This document shows positions 38,413 to 50,677 of a stretch of DNA of 64,000 nucleotides, piece by piece. Source of the DNA: Mytilus californianus (taxonomy: Eukaryota); NCBI RefSeq assembly GCF_021869535.1, contig NW_026262734.1:89032001-89096000 (forward strand), read 5' to 3'. Under the pieces are notes generated by a model. That model did no database searches, had not been told where the DNA came from, and saw nothing but the letters and a program-made list of their open reading frames with translations. Position 1 is the first letter of the stretch, and each line of letters starts with the position of its first letter. The translations under genes and the position numbers were made by a program.

Positions 38413-41400
38413 ATGCCGTATTGTGTGGTTTACGGTTGCAATAGCAATTCTCAATGTGACAAAAATATATATTGGTTTACTTTTCCGAAAGATTCTCAGA
38501 GAAATCGAGCTTGGGTTCACTATTGTAAACGACAGGACTTTACACCGTCTAAACATAACAGAATTTGTTCTAAGCATTTTACCCTTCATCAGTATAGCAG
38601 ACACCCAGAAAGACTTTTAGAATTGTGATATCCGGATGCGAGAGCAGCACTGAAAGATGACGCCGTACCCGACATTCCTGTAGTTGTGGATGCAGAAAAA
38701 GGACCATCTTCTCCTAAAAAGCCTAGGTCGGCCTTCGAAAAAAGACAGAAACGTCAGGTACAATTGATCCTCTTTATTATTCATCGAAACTTATGTGAAA
38801 CATACGTTCATGGTTATCTGTATGGTTTCAATACTTATAAACAATTATTATATTTGTATATCTTTCTTCCCATTTTTGTTCTTCTGAAAATTGTCACAGG
38901 CATTTATCTTATTAACATGAAAAGGTATATATCCATTTACATAATACTACGATCCATTAAAAAAATTATCGTAAGTAATACTGAAATGTTCAGGACTTCC
39001 GAGTATTTTTTTTTTTCTCGTATACTTTTTTTTCTGAAAAGTAGTTTATGGGATAATTTATAATTTCGCTTGAAGAAGGAGTCCGTGTATTGCCATTCTG
39101 AATCTATTATAAAATGAAATAAACGAATAAGGTTTCGCGAGTCTTGCTAAAGAAAACATAAAAAAAACATATCAATTATTTAATTCCACCAGAAATCTGC
39201 GACAGTCCTTTCCCGAATACCACGCATAAAAAAAGGTGTATCTACGGGATATATGATTTTTTTTACATTCATGTATGAGAGTATATTTTTTTTAATGAAA
39301 GCATTTTTTTTAAATAAAAATTTAATTTCATCTATAGGTTCTTGAAGAGGCCTTCAATGATTCATTAGATAAGTCTTTAGACTCCATTGACATTGAAACT
39401 GAATCGTCACCCGCACATGACAGTATGGACATTCGGGAAGAGGAAGCAATTCCGGTAGATGTACAAAAAACATTCGAGACAACTGCTTCTAATACCGATG
39501 CCACAAACATGACAACGCAGAAATTTCAAACAGATTCCATTCCACAGAGAACAAGAAGATTGCAAACGTCAAAGCCCAAGAGAAAATCTAAAGGTATCCA
39601 GTGTAACCCTTCAGATATTGATTCAGAATGTCTAGTCGCCACATCAAAATAATTGATAACCGCAAATACTACAAGCAGTAGCCATACACCGGTAGCGACC
39701 GAGCAAAACTTGGATGACAATGATGAGATGGATGATGATGAAGATGATGTAGATGAATATGATAATGATCCTGATTATATTTATAACGAGTCCGAGGAAG
39801 AAGATGGAGACGATGAGTATGGTTCTGATGATGACGAAGAAACAAGCAATTACAGGATAGAAGAATGTAATGATCCAATTGAAGAAAAGTATTACATGGT
39901 CTCTGAAACAGCATTATTTCAGTTACTCTCAGTATGTAGAGAGTGTAACAGTCGGTGCGTTCCAATAATTGAATTCAGTAGAGGGACAATGATATCTACA
40001 TCATCTGTATGTGCTTTTGGACACGTCTACAAGTGGAAATCCCAAAACTGTCATGAAAGACTACCATGGGGAAATATTTTACTTGCAAGTGCCATAATGT
40101 TTAGCGGAAATAATACAGCCAAGATTGTAAGATTATTCGATCAAATGAAACTGAAAGGCATTAGTGAACGCTCAGTAAGAAGACTGCAAACAGCATACAC
40201 ATCATGTGCTGTTATTTATGAATTTGACTCACAGCAAGCAGACCTGCTTACTTCCTTGCAAGGTATGTATATTTCTTCATAGTGTTACTTCGTTTATTAT
40301 ACCTAAGTCTCTTTTAATTTATTTCCTGGAATACATGTTTTTTTCTATCCTCATTTTCTCCCACTCTCAAATTAAGTATCTTGTGACAGAACATAATATA
40401 TTTTCTGTACGAAATAATTTCATTGTTTATTATATAAATAAAAATGTTATAATCTTCATGCATTACACTTTTTAATATTGCAGGTCCAGATAAACAAGTA
40501 GTACTTGGTGGCGACGGAAGGTGTGACAGTCCTGGTTATAGTGCTAAATATGGCAGTTATACCCTGATGGACTTGAACACAAATAAAATATTGGACATTC
40601 AGCTTGTTCAGGTTTGCATTAATTTAACACTTGATAGGGTTCTCGATATTAGTTTTAAATTAGATCTGTATAAACGTGATAAATGATTCCAAATGAATTC
40701 AGCTTAACATGCATACTTTTATAAAACGGACTGAGAGTTGCTGTCCAGTGGCAAGCATTTCATGAATCTTACCCAAATCTCATAATTTTCTTATAAGTTT
40801 TGAATTAGATCTGTATAAATGATTCCAAATAAATACAGCTTAACATGCATACAACTATAAAACGGGTTGATTGTTGCTGTCCAGTGGCAAGTATTTCATG
40901 AATATTACCCAAATCTCATTGTTTTTATCTAATTTTTAAATTATATATGTATAAATGATTAGGAATAAATACAATTTAACATGCATACTACGGATTGATT
41001 GTTGTTGTCCAGTGGCCAGTATTTCATGAAATTTTCTCCAAATCTCATTGTTTTCATAAATTATGATGACAAATAATTTCATTGTTTGCTTATTTATTTC
41101 AGTCAAATGAAGTTAAGGGGTCAACCCATATGGAATTGGAAGGACTAAAGAGGGGTTTGTCCCTTCTTATGGACACTAATAATATTGAAGTCTCAACGCT
41201 TGTCACAGATAGACATGTTATGATTAAGAAGTTCATGAAGGACAACCATCCAGAAATAAATCATTATGTAATAATGAAATAAATGTATGGCATATAGCAA
41301 AAGGTATAACTCACTCAACTTCTTACTATAGCTATTTATACAATCTAATCAAGTTGTGAGTGAAAAATCTCAAATAATTGAATAACAAATCATGTTTTAT

Positions 41401-43054
41401 AAAACCGCAATACTCTTAGAATGTTAAATAATTAAAAAAAATTTGCATTTCGAAATATTTACTTTAATCCATTGCTTACAGGAATATCAAAAAAATTGGA
41501 AACCAGAGCCAAGGAGAAAGATACAGGGGACATAAGACCATGGATAAAGAGCATTGTTAACCATACATTTTGGGTAGCTGCATCAAGTGGGGAAGATCAA
41601 AATGTGAAAATACACAAATGGACATCAATTTCCAACCACATCATCAATAAACATGTCCATGAGTCTGATGTATTTCCGCAATGTATCCATGGAGAACTTG
41701 AAGAACAAAGAGCTTGGCTTAAACAAGGTAAAAAATATCTTGAAATAAAAATGGTTTCCATATTTCTATGAAAAAAGTCTAATTGTGATTTTTCGTGTTT
41801 TTGTACAAATTAAAATAAAAAACTATTTAAATAAGAAAATAAAAAGGTTTGATTTATCAGATCGACGCATTGGCGATCATACCACATCCTTTTATTTTTA
41901 TAAAATGTCTACATGTATATCATAAGCCATATATGGTGAAATGTTCGCATCTAAGCGAGGCATTTCAGTTTGAATCTATACATTTCTATGGCTCAAATTA
42001 TTTCTTTAATAAATGATATTCAATTTTAATTTTTAGGTTCCAGATCTCATAAACTTGTTCTGGAAGTAATCGAAAGCAAATATGTGCTTAACGATTTAAA
42101 AAAGTTGTCACCAGTGCACCAGACATATGGCCTTGAGGTGTATCACTCTCTTGTGAACCAGTATGCACCAAAGAACACCCACTTCTTCCAGTATGCAATG
42201 AAAGCAAGGTAATTTATTGTGAACAGTATGTTAAAATAACCAATAGCAAACAGAATAGTGAAAGGTGTGTTCCTGTACTTTAATTACATTAAATGGTCAC
42301 CATAAAGTGTACATATAAACTCATCAGTGGCTAATTTAAAACTTTGAAGCAATAAATTAAAAAGTTTAGTAGGTTCTTTATTTATAAATCTGTTGATTTA
42401 AATGCTTTTGTACCGTTTTTTCTTCTTCTTCAGAATTTACATTGCTGCATTGCATTACAATGAAAATGGAAATAGACAGCAAGCTGTCATAAAAGCAGGA
42501 ATCCTGAAATGGAAAAAGTCGTACCCTAAGGCAAAAAAAGAAGAGCAATGTGTTGTCAAACCACAGAAAGTTCAAGCAACCTATGGTAGGATTTCATAAA
42601 ACTTTCTGGTTCAATAATAAAAACATAAAAAGCACTATGCAAGACATTTACTTTGTAATAATATTGCTCTTCAGCAGTTTATTTTTATTTATGGGAATTT
42701 TAAAGGTTTATTTACAGCAGAATGAGTCTCTTTTTGTACAATTGAAATTGAATAAGTTTGTATTCTCAAAATGCATAATGCACATGCATGTAAGTGCATT
42801 TATAAATTCGCACTGCTAAGTTATGTGAATTAGAGGCTGAGCTACTACATATTGTTTCTATTTGTCTTGTAGATTATGTTGGAGCTCTTCTGAAAAGAAC
42901 TTTTGACAGACGAAATAACTTGTCAAGCATTAAAGAAGCTTTAGAGGACTTTAACGTTGTATACCAGAGACTTCCTCCACTAACAGCATCAAATGCTCAT
43001 TTTGATAAGGAGGAGCTAATAAGACATCGAACAAGTCGTTTTGCTAGAAACTGA
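38413..43054 (+). pseudogene. Kolobok THAP-domain DDE transposase, 8 exons, inactivated
   Basis: GT-AG exons 38413-38757, 39338-40262, 40484-40611, 41103-41303, 41482-41727, 42037-42208, 42434-42585, 42873-43054. THAP MPYCVVYGC..FP..W..C..CSKHF..AVP. Transposase motifs GDGRCDSPGYSAKYG, LVTDRH, WHIAK, LEVYHS, ALHYNEN. In-frame stops at 38626 and 39650 and a disrupted HYxDVWH motif near 41268-41285. Confidence 0.88.
40650..41060. repeat. Three about 130-bp tandem units inside transposase intron 3
   Basis: ttg.tgtccagtggc.ag.atttcatgaa recurs near 40739, 40873 and 41002. Confidence 0.85.
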
Positions 43055-43281
43055 CATCATTTCTCAACTTTGCATACTTGTACATTTGTTTTAATATATT
43101 ATGTGATCATTGTTCAATATAACTGTTCACCATTATCCTTGTATTTACCACAATTTACACCATGTAATCAAGAGTTTCTATCTTTCAATGCTAGGTTGTG
43201 GAAACATGAAATATACACAGATTTTAACCAAAAATATGGGCGGGAAATTGAGAGCTTCATGAAATATTTTTTTTCAAATTA

Positions 43282-44680
43282 TCATGGCCTGGCATATTTG
43301 AACCCAGTAAAGTCCTCAGATGGGAATGCCTCCCGAATTTTTATTACTGCACATGCTGGTATCACTTTTCTTCTTTTTTTACCAAGAATATGCCAGATCC
43401 AACGAGTGAACCGTCTGTACGCAATATATCTATATAATCTGAAAAAAAAATTAAATATTTAACAGATTATTCAAATTTGTTATACAAAGTGATGCTCTTG
43501 AACAAGGATATTATTATAACTGATTTTCAGTATGCTGAAAAAAAGTGATTAAGATGATTTCATATTTTCATGATGATATATTTGATTATCCAGATTTAAT
43601 TATTTTGCCTTTTTTGCATTCCATCATCAGCTTGGTCTTGACATTTTTTTTTATTATGTTTCTGATTGAAATTGTAATTAAAAAATGATAGTTGTGAAGT
43701 TAAATTTATGTTTAATCAACGACATTAAATTGAACTTACTCATGAATTGGTTCATTATCATCTACTGGTCCCTGCCTTTCAACAAAGTCATACAAATTTA
43801 AAGAGACTTCAATGACATGTCTATTTAGACAGTTTCCAGTAAACCCCTCATGGTCTGTTATGCAATCAAGGTCCCCATCTTCCATCTTTTCTGCAACTGG
43901 ACCAACTTCCTTGCAACAAAGGCATTCATCCACAGTGGGCATTACAGTGCAGTTGTTACAGTCACACCTGGGAAATTTAATGTACTATGTAGATTTGACT
44001 TGCAAATATTTTACAATAAATCCTTAAAATCCATTATTATGTAGATTTGTAAAAAACGGTCAAGTAATTTATAAAAAAGGTAACAATGCATCAGTGTGAA
44101 ATGAAAAGCATAGCACATTTTAACATTAATTCCATATCATTGTGAGTAATTACTACATGTACAAAATGTACAACAAAATCAGAACCTATTTTTTAAATAA
44201 AAACTAATAGTCTGTAGGTCTTATTCATCATCTTATTCTTTGAAAATGAAAGTATGGCATTATCCCATTTCATTTGACTCTGTATGTAGTTCAGGGAGTT
44301 TTTTAATATACGAGTGTCGGCAAATGTGTATGATATACATGTCAACCCCCCTTTTTTAATAAAGAACAAAAAACGGACTAAAACACATTTACATCTAAAG
44401 AGGCTTGGTTATGTGAGTTATTTAATCATGTTAGACAATATTGGACAATCAACCATACCATGCCAAGTTATCCATCCGGCTGTCTTGCAGGTCAGAGGAG
44501 TCAGATTCGTCGACTTCAGAATTTTCCTCAGAGTCCGATTGATTTTGACTGCTCACTTCGTTTTGTTCAATATGAACAACAGGCTCGAACTGATACGGTT
44601 GAATATTATCAACAGCAGTTATAAATGGCTCATCATCGCTGTCCTGTCCGTCGAAATCGATTGAATACTTTGTCTAATTT
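43282..44680 (-). CDS. KolX / P2X7-ballast-like Cys-rich protein, 3 exons; start codon not found, possibly a pseudogene
   Basis: Exons about 44680-44459, 43967-43740 and 43438-43282 splice in frame: QPYQFEP..RMDNLAW|CDCNNCTVMPTVDECLCCKE..CITDHEGF..CL..E|LYRYIAYRRFTRWIW..LGKKRRKVIPACAVIKIREAFP..FTGF. Confidence 0.8.
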
Positions 44681-46129
44681 GATTTGGAAATAGCTGTGTT
44701 TCTCGTGGTATGGCGAATGTAAACAACACAAGTGACGTCACGCAGTCATTCGGGACGATGCTTATTTATTGTCGGCAATTATAGGCAATGTCCGAAAAAG
44801 GGTTATTTCAAGCTGATACAACCTGTTTTTATAGACATACGATATGTGTTACACACTAATCTACGAAATTAACGATGTTTACATCCCATTACGATTTATT
44901 TTACAAATGATAGTTTGAAGTGGCCGGTGTCCTTTAAGTTTTATAACTTGATATTTTAAATGAATATTTTCATGTTTAAGGCATTGACATTTTAAATGAA
45001 TGTTTTCTAGATGTCAAGATATTATAAACTGAAAAGGGTATAGTTGCAGCCGCAACAGCTTAGGGGAAGTAAAAGTTTTTTTACATTTACAGAATTTTCT
45101 TATGTAAATAATTATTTTTGAAGACAACATCTTTATGCTTCCTATCATTGAATTTAACATGTTTATCCCTCTTTTTAATAATTAAATAATTGCGTTTGTA
45201 TTTTTATTGAGTTATTTGGGTGTAATACCACCAAATCATAGTACGTCACATCCGGTTGCTTACGAAAAAGGGTCGAAAAAAAATATTCCCTTGAATTTGA
45301 CAGTTGTAGGAAATTAATCCTACATTTCATTGCATTACAATTGTTCTTGGTCATAAACATATTTTTGGTGTTTACAATTGTTCTTGGTCATAAACATATT
45401 TTTGGTGTTTCAAAGCATCACTATTTTTTATTAGGTGTTTAAATAGAATATTTTGGATTCTTGAGGTTACATGGTTACTAAAGCTTGTACACAGGTAAAA
45501 AAGAGGTACAAGTTTGATTGGTTAACTTCTAGTGATAGTTATTTTCTTATATGCAATGAAATGTCATGTGAAATTTTGTCTATAGTACTGGACAGGATAA
45601 AACTTTACTCATGCCAAGTATTTCTTTATTTGAAACAAAGATAAATTCTTCACAATTTTTTGAAAAGTTTAACAAAGACTAATCATAAAGGTAAGTTAGT
45701 CAATAGTACGTTTCATTCCATTTTTTATGTTGAAAAACAGAGCGGTATTATGCTATTCTGTATTCTGTATCTGTATAGATTCTGCCAATGTAGGCACCCC
45801 TCCAATAGAATAGAAATAAAATAATGTCCTTCACCACATAATATTATAAGTTAAGAATATGTCCAATCCAATCCACTACACAATAATATATTTATAAAAA
45901 TGACTTCTTCTGTTCCGCCACCGTTTAATTTCACAATAAAAGATAAAATCATGTTTGATTGTAATCCGTATGCACCTTTATAATAACCAAAATTTATTAT
46001 TGGTTGATAACTGTCTATTTGATTTTATTGAAACTGTGATACACTCTGATCATCAGCATAATGTCAAAATATTCTTTAAATTTACTCATCATGATAGATA
46101 GTTTTTCTTGTCACATTTTTGTTGTTTGA

Positions 46130-48690
46130 TTAGCAGTTCATACCGCTTCATAAGCAGGTTGTTAATAAGCTGTCTACACACTACATCTAGCTGTCCAGCA
46201 ATCTTTGATTAAGATCATTATTGCGTTTATCTATAGTATAATAGAAAGGATTAACTATTAGCTAAACTAAGTCTATGTCCTCTTCATAAGATTTTGCTAA
46301 AAGTTCACTACCTCTATCGACTTTTATCTCCATCAATCTTTCCCTGTCTGTCTCAAGTGACTCACACGTCAGTAGAAAATGTGATAAAATTTAAGGACTC
46401 TTGTTAAATAGCTTACATGTTGGGATATTTTTATTTTTATTGAATGCAATTCGATTCGATTGAAATATATATGTTCTTGTTGCGATTTTGATTCTTGTAG
46501 GAATCCTTCCAATGTCTCTAGTATTTGCTGTCTTTGTAGTAATAAATGGGTGTATTTTCCCGATAGTATATTGACAATTCATATATTGGAGAGTTGAGTA
46601 CATCTTTGAGTCATCAAGAATTTTGATTGGATTTGTTGCTATTATAGCGACAACTTCAGCGCAGGTAGGTGCACAACAGTTTATGTTACCAATCTTTCCG
46701 CCGAGTCCTGTTTCACACAAGAGGTTCAGTAAAGTTTTGACATATACTTTATATAAGTCGGCAGATATAGCTCCAACTTGACGTACTCCTTGATCTACTA
46801 AGTAAGGTTCGGAAAGGTGACCATTCCATTTAATACATGTAGCAGCATTTTGGTAAAGATTTTGTATCATTAGCAGTGATTGATCAGATATTCCAATTTG
46901 GAAGAGTCTTCTAATAAGGTTTGCATGTACCACCACATCAAAGGCTGATTTCCCATTGAGCATAGCTATGTAAATTGGTCTTTTTAAATCTTTATTTTCT
47001 CTCTCAAATTCCTCTATGATGAGTTCACACATAAGTGGGGTGGTATCCTCCATGAATCCACTTCGTAACGGGTTTTGAGATTCAATAATTTTTACATTTT
47101 CTCTTCGTTTTAAGATCTTTTCTATTATTTTCGATAAGGTTGGTGTGACAGTAATTCCACGGTAGTTAATAGCATCTTTAATATTGCCTTTATTTTTGAA
47201 TATTGGAAATAATGTGCCAATTTTGAGTAAGTCTGGATCAAAGCAGTATTTGAATGACATATCTATTAGTTCACGTATATAAGCTTTCAGATCTTCACCA
47301 CCATATATAATATATTCTGCTTTATTTTTGTTCAAACTTGCAATTGCTTTTTCTACTTCCTCATCAGTCACTTGCTTATGGGTATATCTATTTTTGACAT
47401 ATATCAGATATAACTTTAACTTCTTTCTAAACATGTTCAAAATGTTTTTGATCGAACTTTGTATTGACAGACTTTTTAGTTAGTTCTCCAAAATGTACAT
47501 GCCAGCCGTTCATAATTTGGTTTATCACTGTAATATACTTGATTATCGACGTTGAGTTTATATAAGTTTGGACATTTTTCCTCTTTGATTTCTAATCATT
47601 CTAAAAAAAGTTTTGGTATCTGTGACTTTGGATTCAATTAGTTTTTGCCTCTCATGTATTCTTCCAATGGCTATTTCTAAACGACATTGTTTCCTCAATT
47701 CATAAGTTGTTTGTTTCTTTTGTTTCAGGTAAATGTTGTTCGGATCATTAATACTTCCATCACTTTTCCAGTTATAAAACGCATTTTTCTTGTTCCTGAT
47801 AGCTCTACGGATTTCCTTATTCATCACTTTTTGGCTTTTTTTTCCTATATTTTATTTGTTTAGTTGCTTTAATTATAATGTCATTTAATATATTGAATCC
47901 GCTCTCAAGGTCTTCACGATTTTGCACTTTTTGTTGAATTAATTTCTTGCATATTTTTCTGTATCAATTTTGTCCCATTTTATTCTGTTATTAAAAGTTT
48001 TTGCTGATATTTGAGTTTTTTCTATAACATTGAGTTTTTTCTGATGATGTAAAACAGACAATAACAGAGGATAGTGATCCGAAACATTTAAAGTTACATT
48101 TAGTTTCTGTATATCTATTATGTTCTCAGAATATTTGTTTTGGTAAAAAATAAAGTCAATGGCAGTGTCGTCTTTTCCATTTGAATGTATGAAGGTAAGC
48201 CCAGTTTCTTTTGAGCATAACTCATGGTCTTGCATAAAGTCAGTGATATATTTCTTTCTTTGAGAGGAAGCACCATTAATTATGTCTTCATTAAAATTTC
48301 CTCCTATAATTATCTGATGAGTATTCGAATGGGTACATACAATCTCATTTAGTTGGTCTATACATTATAGTAGCTCTTGTGTATTATTGGTGGGTCCTTT
48401 GCATGTTAGATATAAAGAAACAATAATGATGTTGGGATCACCTTCTTATTCGATGCACTGAATTCTACTAGTTCCTGCTTTTAAAGGTGAAATCAAGGGG
48501 TCTAGCTCTTTTCGCCACAATATCGCTACTCCACCATATCCTCTCGGCATTTGTATTGGAGGCAAAGGGTAATTAAAGTCAACCGATTTTCCTATTCCTA
48601 TAAATTTTCCTATTCCTATATATTTAACAGAGTTATCTTCACTTTTGTAAATAAAAATAAACACTGTCAAATGCAAAATTGTTAAGAATG
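46130..48690 (-). mobile_element. Decayed non-LTR retrotransposon (APE endonuclease, RT, C-terminal Cys/His motif; CR1/L2-like group)
   Basis: RGYGGVAILWRK, TFIHSNG..IDFIF, SDHYPLL, YRGITVTPTLSKIIE, AFDVV, GVRQ.AISADLY, APTCA, CKL.NKSP..LSHFLLTC. Frameshifts throughout. Confidence 0.85.
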
Positions 48691-49827
48691 AGGATTTTAT
48701 TCACTACGAAGGCTGAAAGGTAACAACCAGAGTTATGTATATTGTTTTAGTAATTTAGACAGTTTAATTATGCGTTTGAATCATGTATAAATGTTCAGTT
48801 TAAAGTAAGAACTACAAATGAAAATAAAGCGCATTTCTCTCCTTGTAGCCATATACATTTTTTTTTGTTCAGATTCCTTTGTTGTTTATAAATTTAATGT
48901 TTTTATACTCTTGTGTTTAAAGAAATGATGTTCTGTTACACATCATTAATTTAACTTAGTTTTAAAGTGAATAATTTGTTTATCATGGCAACACTTATCA
49001 AAATTCAAAAAGAGGCCCTTGTCTCACTCATGTTGACATTATTTGGCATCAACACACAAAGTTAACCGAGCTAGTTAGCTCCCTCTTATTTATCATTATT
49101 GTTTTATAATGCGAATATATATGTTCCACGTTTATATTATTTTTTGCATTCAATTTAAACGATTAATGATTATTTCACTTATATATGTATGAACTTATTA
49201 TGTAATGTTTATCACGTATACACTTGGACATTGACCAGCAAAAAATAAACATATTTTATTTTACAAAGAATTAGTTTTCATTCCAGCTACAATACCCATA
49301 TATACCGTCAAACAAACAAACAAGCACTATTTCAAGTTCACAAAGCAGTCAAACCCACAACAGAAGGTCAAGGACAATTGACATATAACAGACGGAAACT
49401 CCATAATATAAGACATTCGTAAACAAGATCCCTGTATAAAGTATCCAGGTCTTTTACTGTCTGATTTATTTGCTTTTCGAAAAGGGCTAACGCCGTCGTC
49501 ACCGCTAAATCAGTATTTCTATATCTCACGTTCTGCCATTTAAGTCCCAGACTAGACACAATAAAAAAAAAAAAAAAAAAAAAAAACACGAAATACATAT
49601 AGCTGCAATATTTCCTTTTCTTTTATTAAAACCACAATATCCGTTATATAAATAATCAAAAAATTAATTCCGACACGTTACTCAATCAAATGATGTTGGT
49701 TTGCTGATATTTAACAGAGCACGGTTAGAAATCGAAATGAACTGTTGCTCTCGCACATGTTTCTGAAATCTTATTTTGAGTCAAACTCTAAAGTCACAAT
49801 CTATACGTATAGATCTGCCACTGTTTA

Positions 49828-49831
<4 letters not shown>

Positions 49832-49861
<30 letters not shown>
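49832..49861. repeat. (TA)n microsatellite
   Basis: Uninterrupted TA run. Confidence 0.95.
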
Positions 49862-49864
<3 letters not shown>

Positions 49865-50151
49865 TTCCAAACTCATTAATTTATTTATATTCATACTAGT
49901 AGCCATACATACATTTGTTTAATTCTGTCACTAATTTGCTCGACTACAATGTCTTCAGATAAACAATCCGTGTAAAACATTTTGTTTTTCATTTTAAAAT
50001 CAAATCAAATATTTTATTGGATAAAGCACATATAATAAATATGACATTGCGTAATCCAAGTGTAAAACATACATGACATATGCAACATGACATATAATTT
50101 AAATGCAATATAATGCATAACAAGAGATAATTAATGATATGCTTTATATAA

Positions 50152-50488
50152 TAGACACGTTGTTTACCCCGTATAACTCCGATACAAATAAAATAAAAAA
50201 TAGTGAGCATGCTTCTATCAATGGCAAGGTCGTGATAATGATATTTGATTAAAGAAATTGTGATATTTGCTTATGAAAATATCACATATTTAAAAAAAAA
50301 ATCTTGCAATTAGAAATGTTTTATACAAAAAAGAATATATTGACGCTAGATATCCGAAGAACAAATATTGGACTTTCCAATAAATTGTAAATTCTCCTCT
50401 GTCTGAACTCTGTGGTACACGGGGTTTTCGATTCCAGCGAGTCCGGATTCATTTGTATCGGAGTTATACGGGGTGAACTACGTGTCTA
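50152..50488. mobile_element. MITE with 38-bp TIRs (possible TA target duplication)
   Basis: tagacacgt.gtt.accccgtataactccgatacaaat at 50152 is inverted at 50451-50488 with 2 mismatches. Confidence 0.8.
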
Positions 50489-50677
50489 TTTTTTGTAAAT
50501 ATGTAGTTCTTCCATAACTTATGGTAGACCAACTAGCACTAATCGTTATTATAAACTTCTAAAGCTAATATCAAATAATTACGTATTTGTTTGGCATGAG
50601 CTAAATTATTTGGATTAAGTAAATATAGTCTACTGATTTGATATCATCATCTTTAATCATTTTTTTAATGCATTTTA

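Larger units (their letters stand above)
38031..44933 (+). mobile_element. Kolobok-type DNA transposon (6.9 kb)
   Basis: TTAA at 38027-38030 and 44934-44937. TIR aggacaccggccacttcaaac.atcat.tgtaaaataaa at both ends. Contains a THAP-transposase gene and a convergent Cys-rich second gene. Confidence 0.9.

Noticed and set aside
38626-38628. In-frame TGA in the THAP exon as possible selenocysteine
   Set aside because: Context LEL-TGA-YP suggests a Gly (GGA) position, not Cys. The gene also has a TAA at 39650 and no SECIS was seen. It is an ordinary nonsense mutation.
45335-45410. 36-bp tandem duplication (also a 30-bp pair near 15290-15350)
   Set aside because: Ordinary slippage duplications with no further structure.
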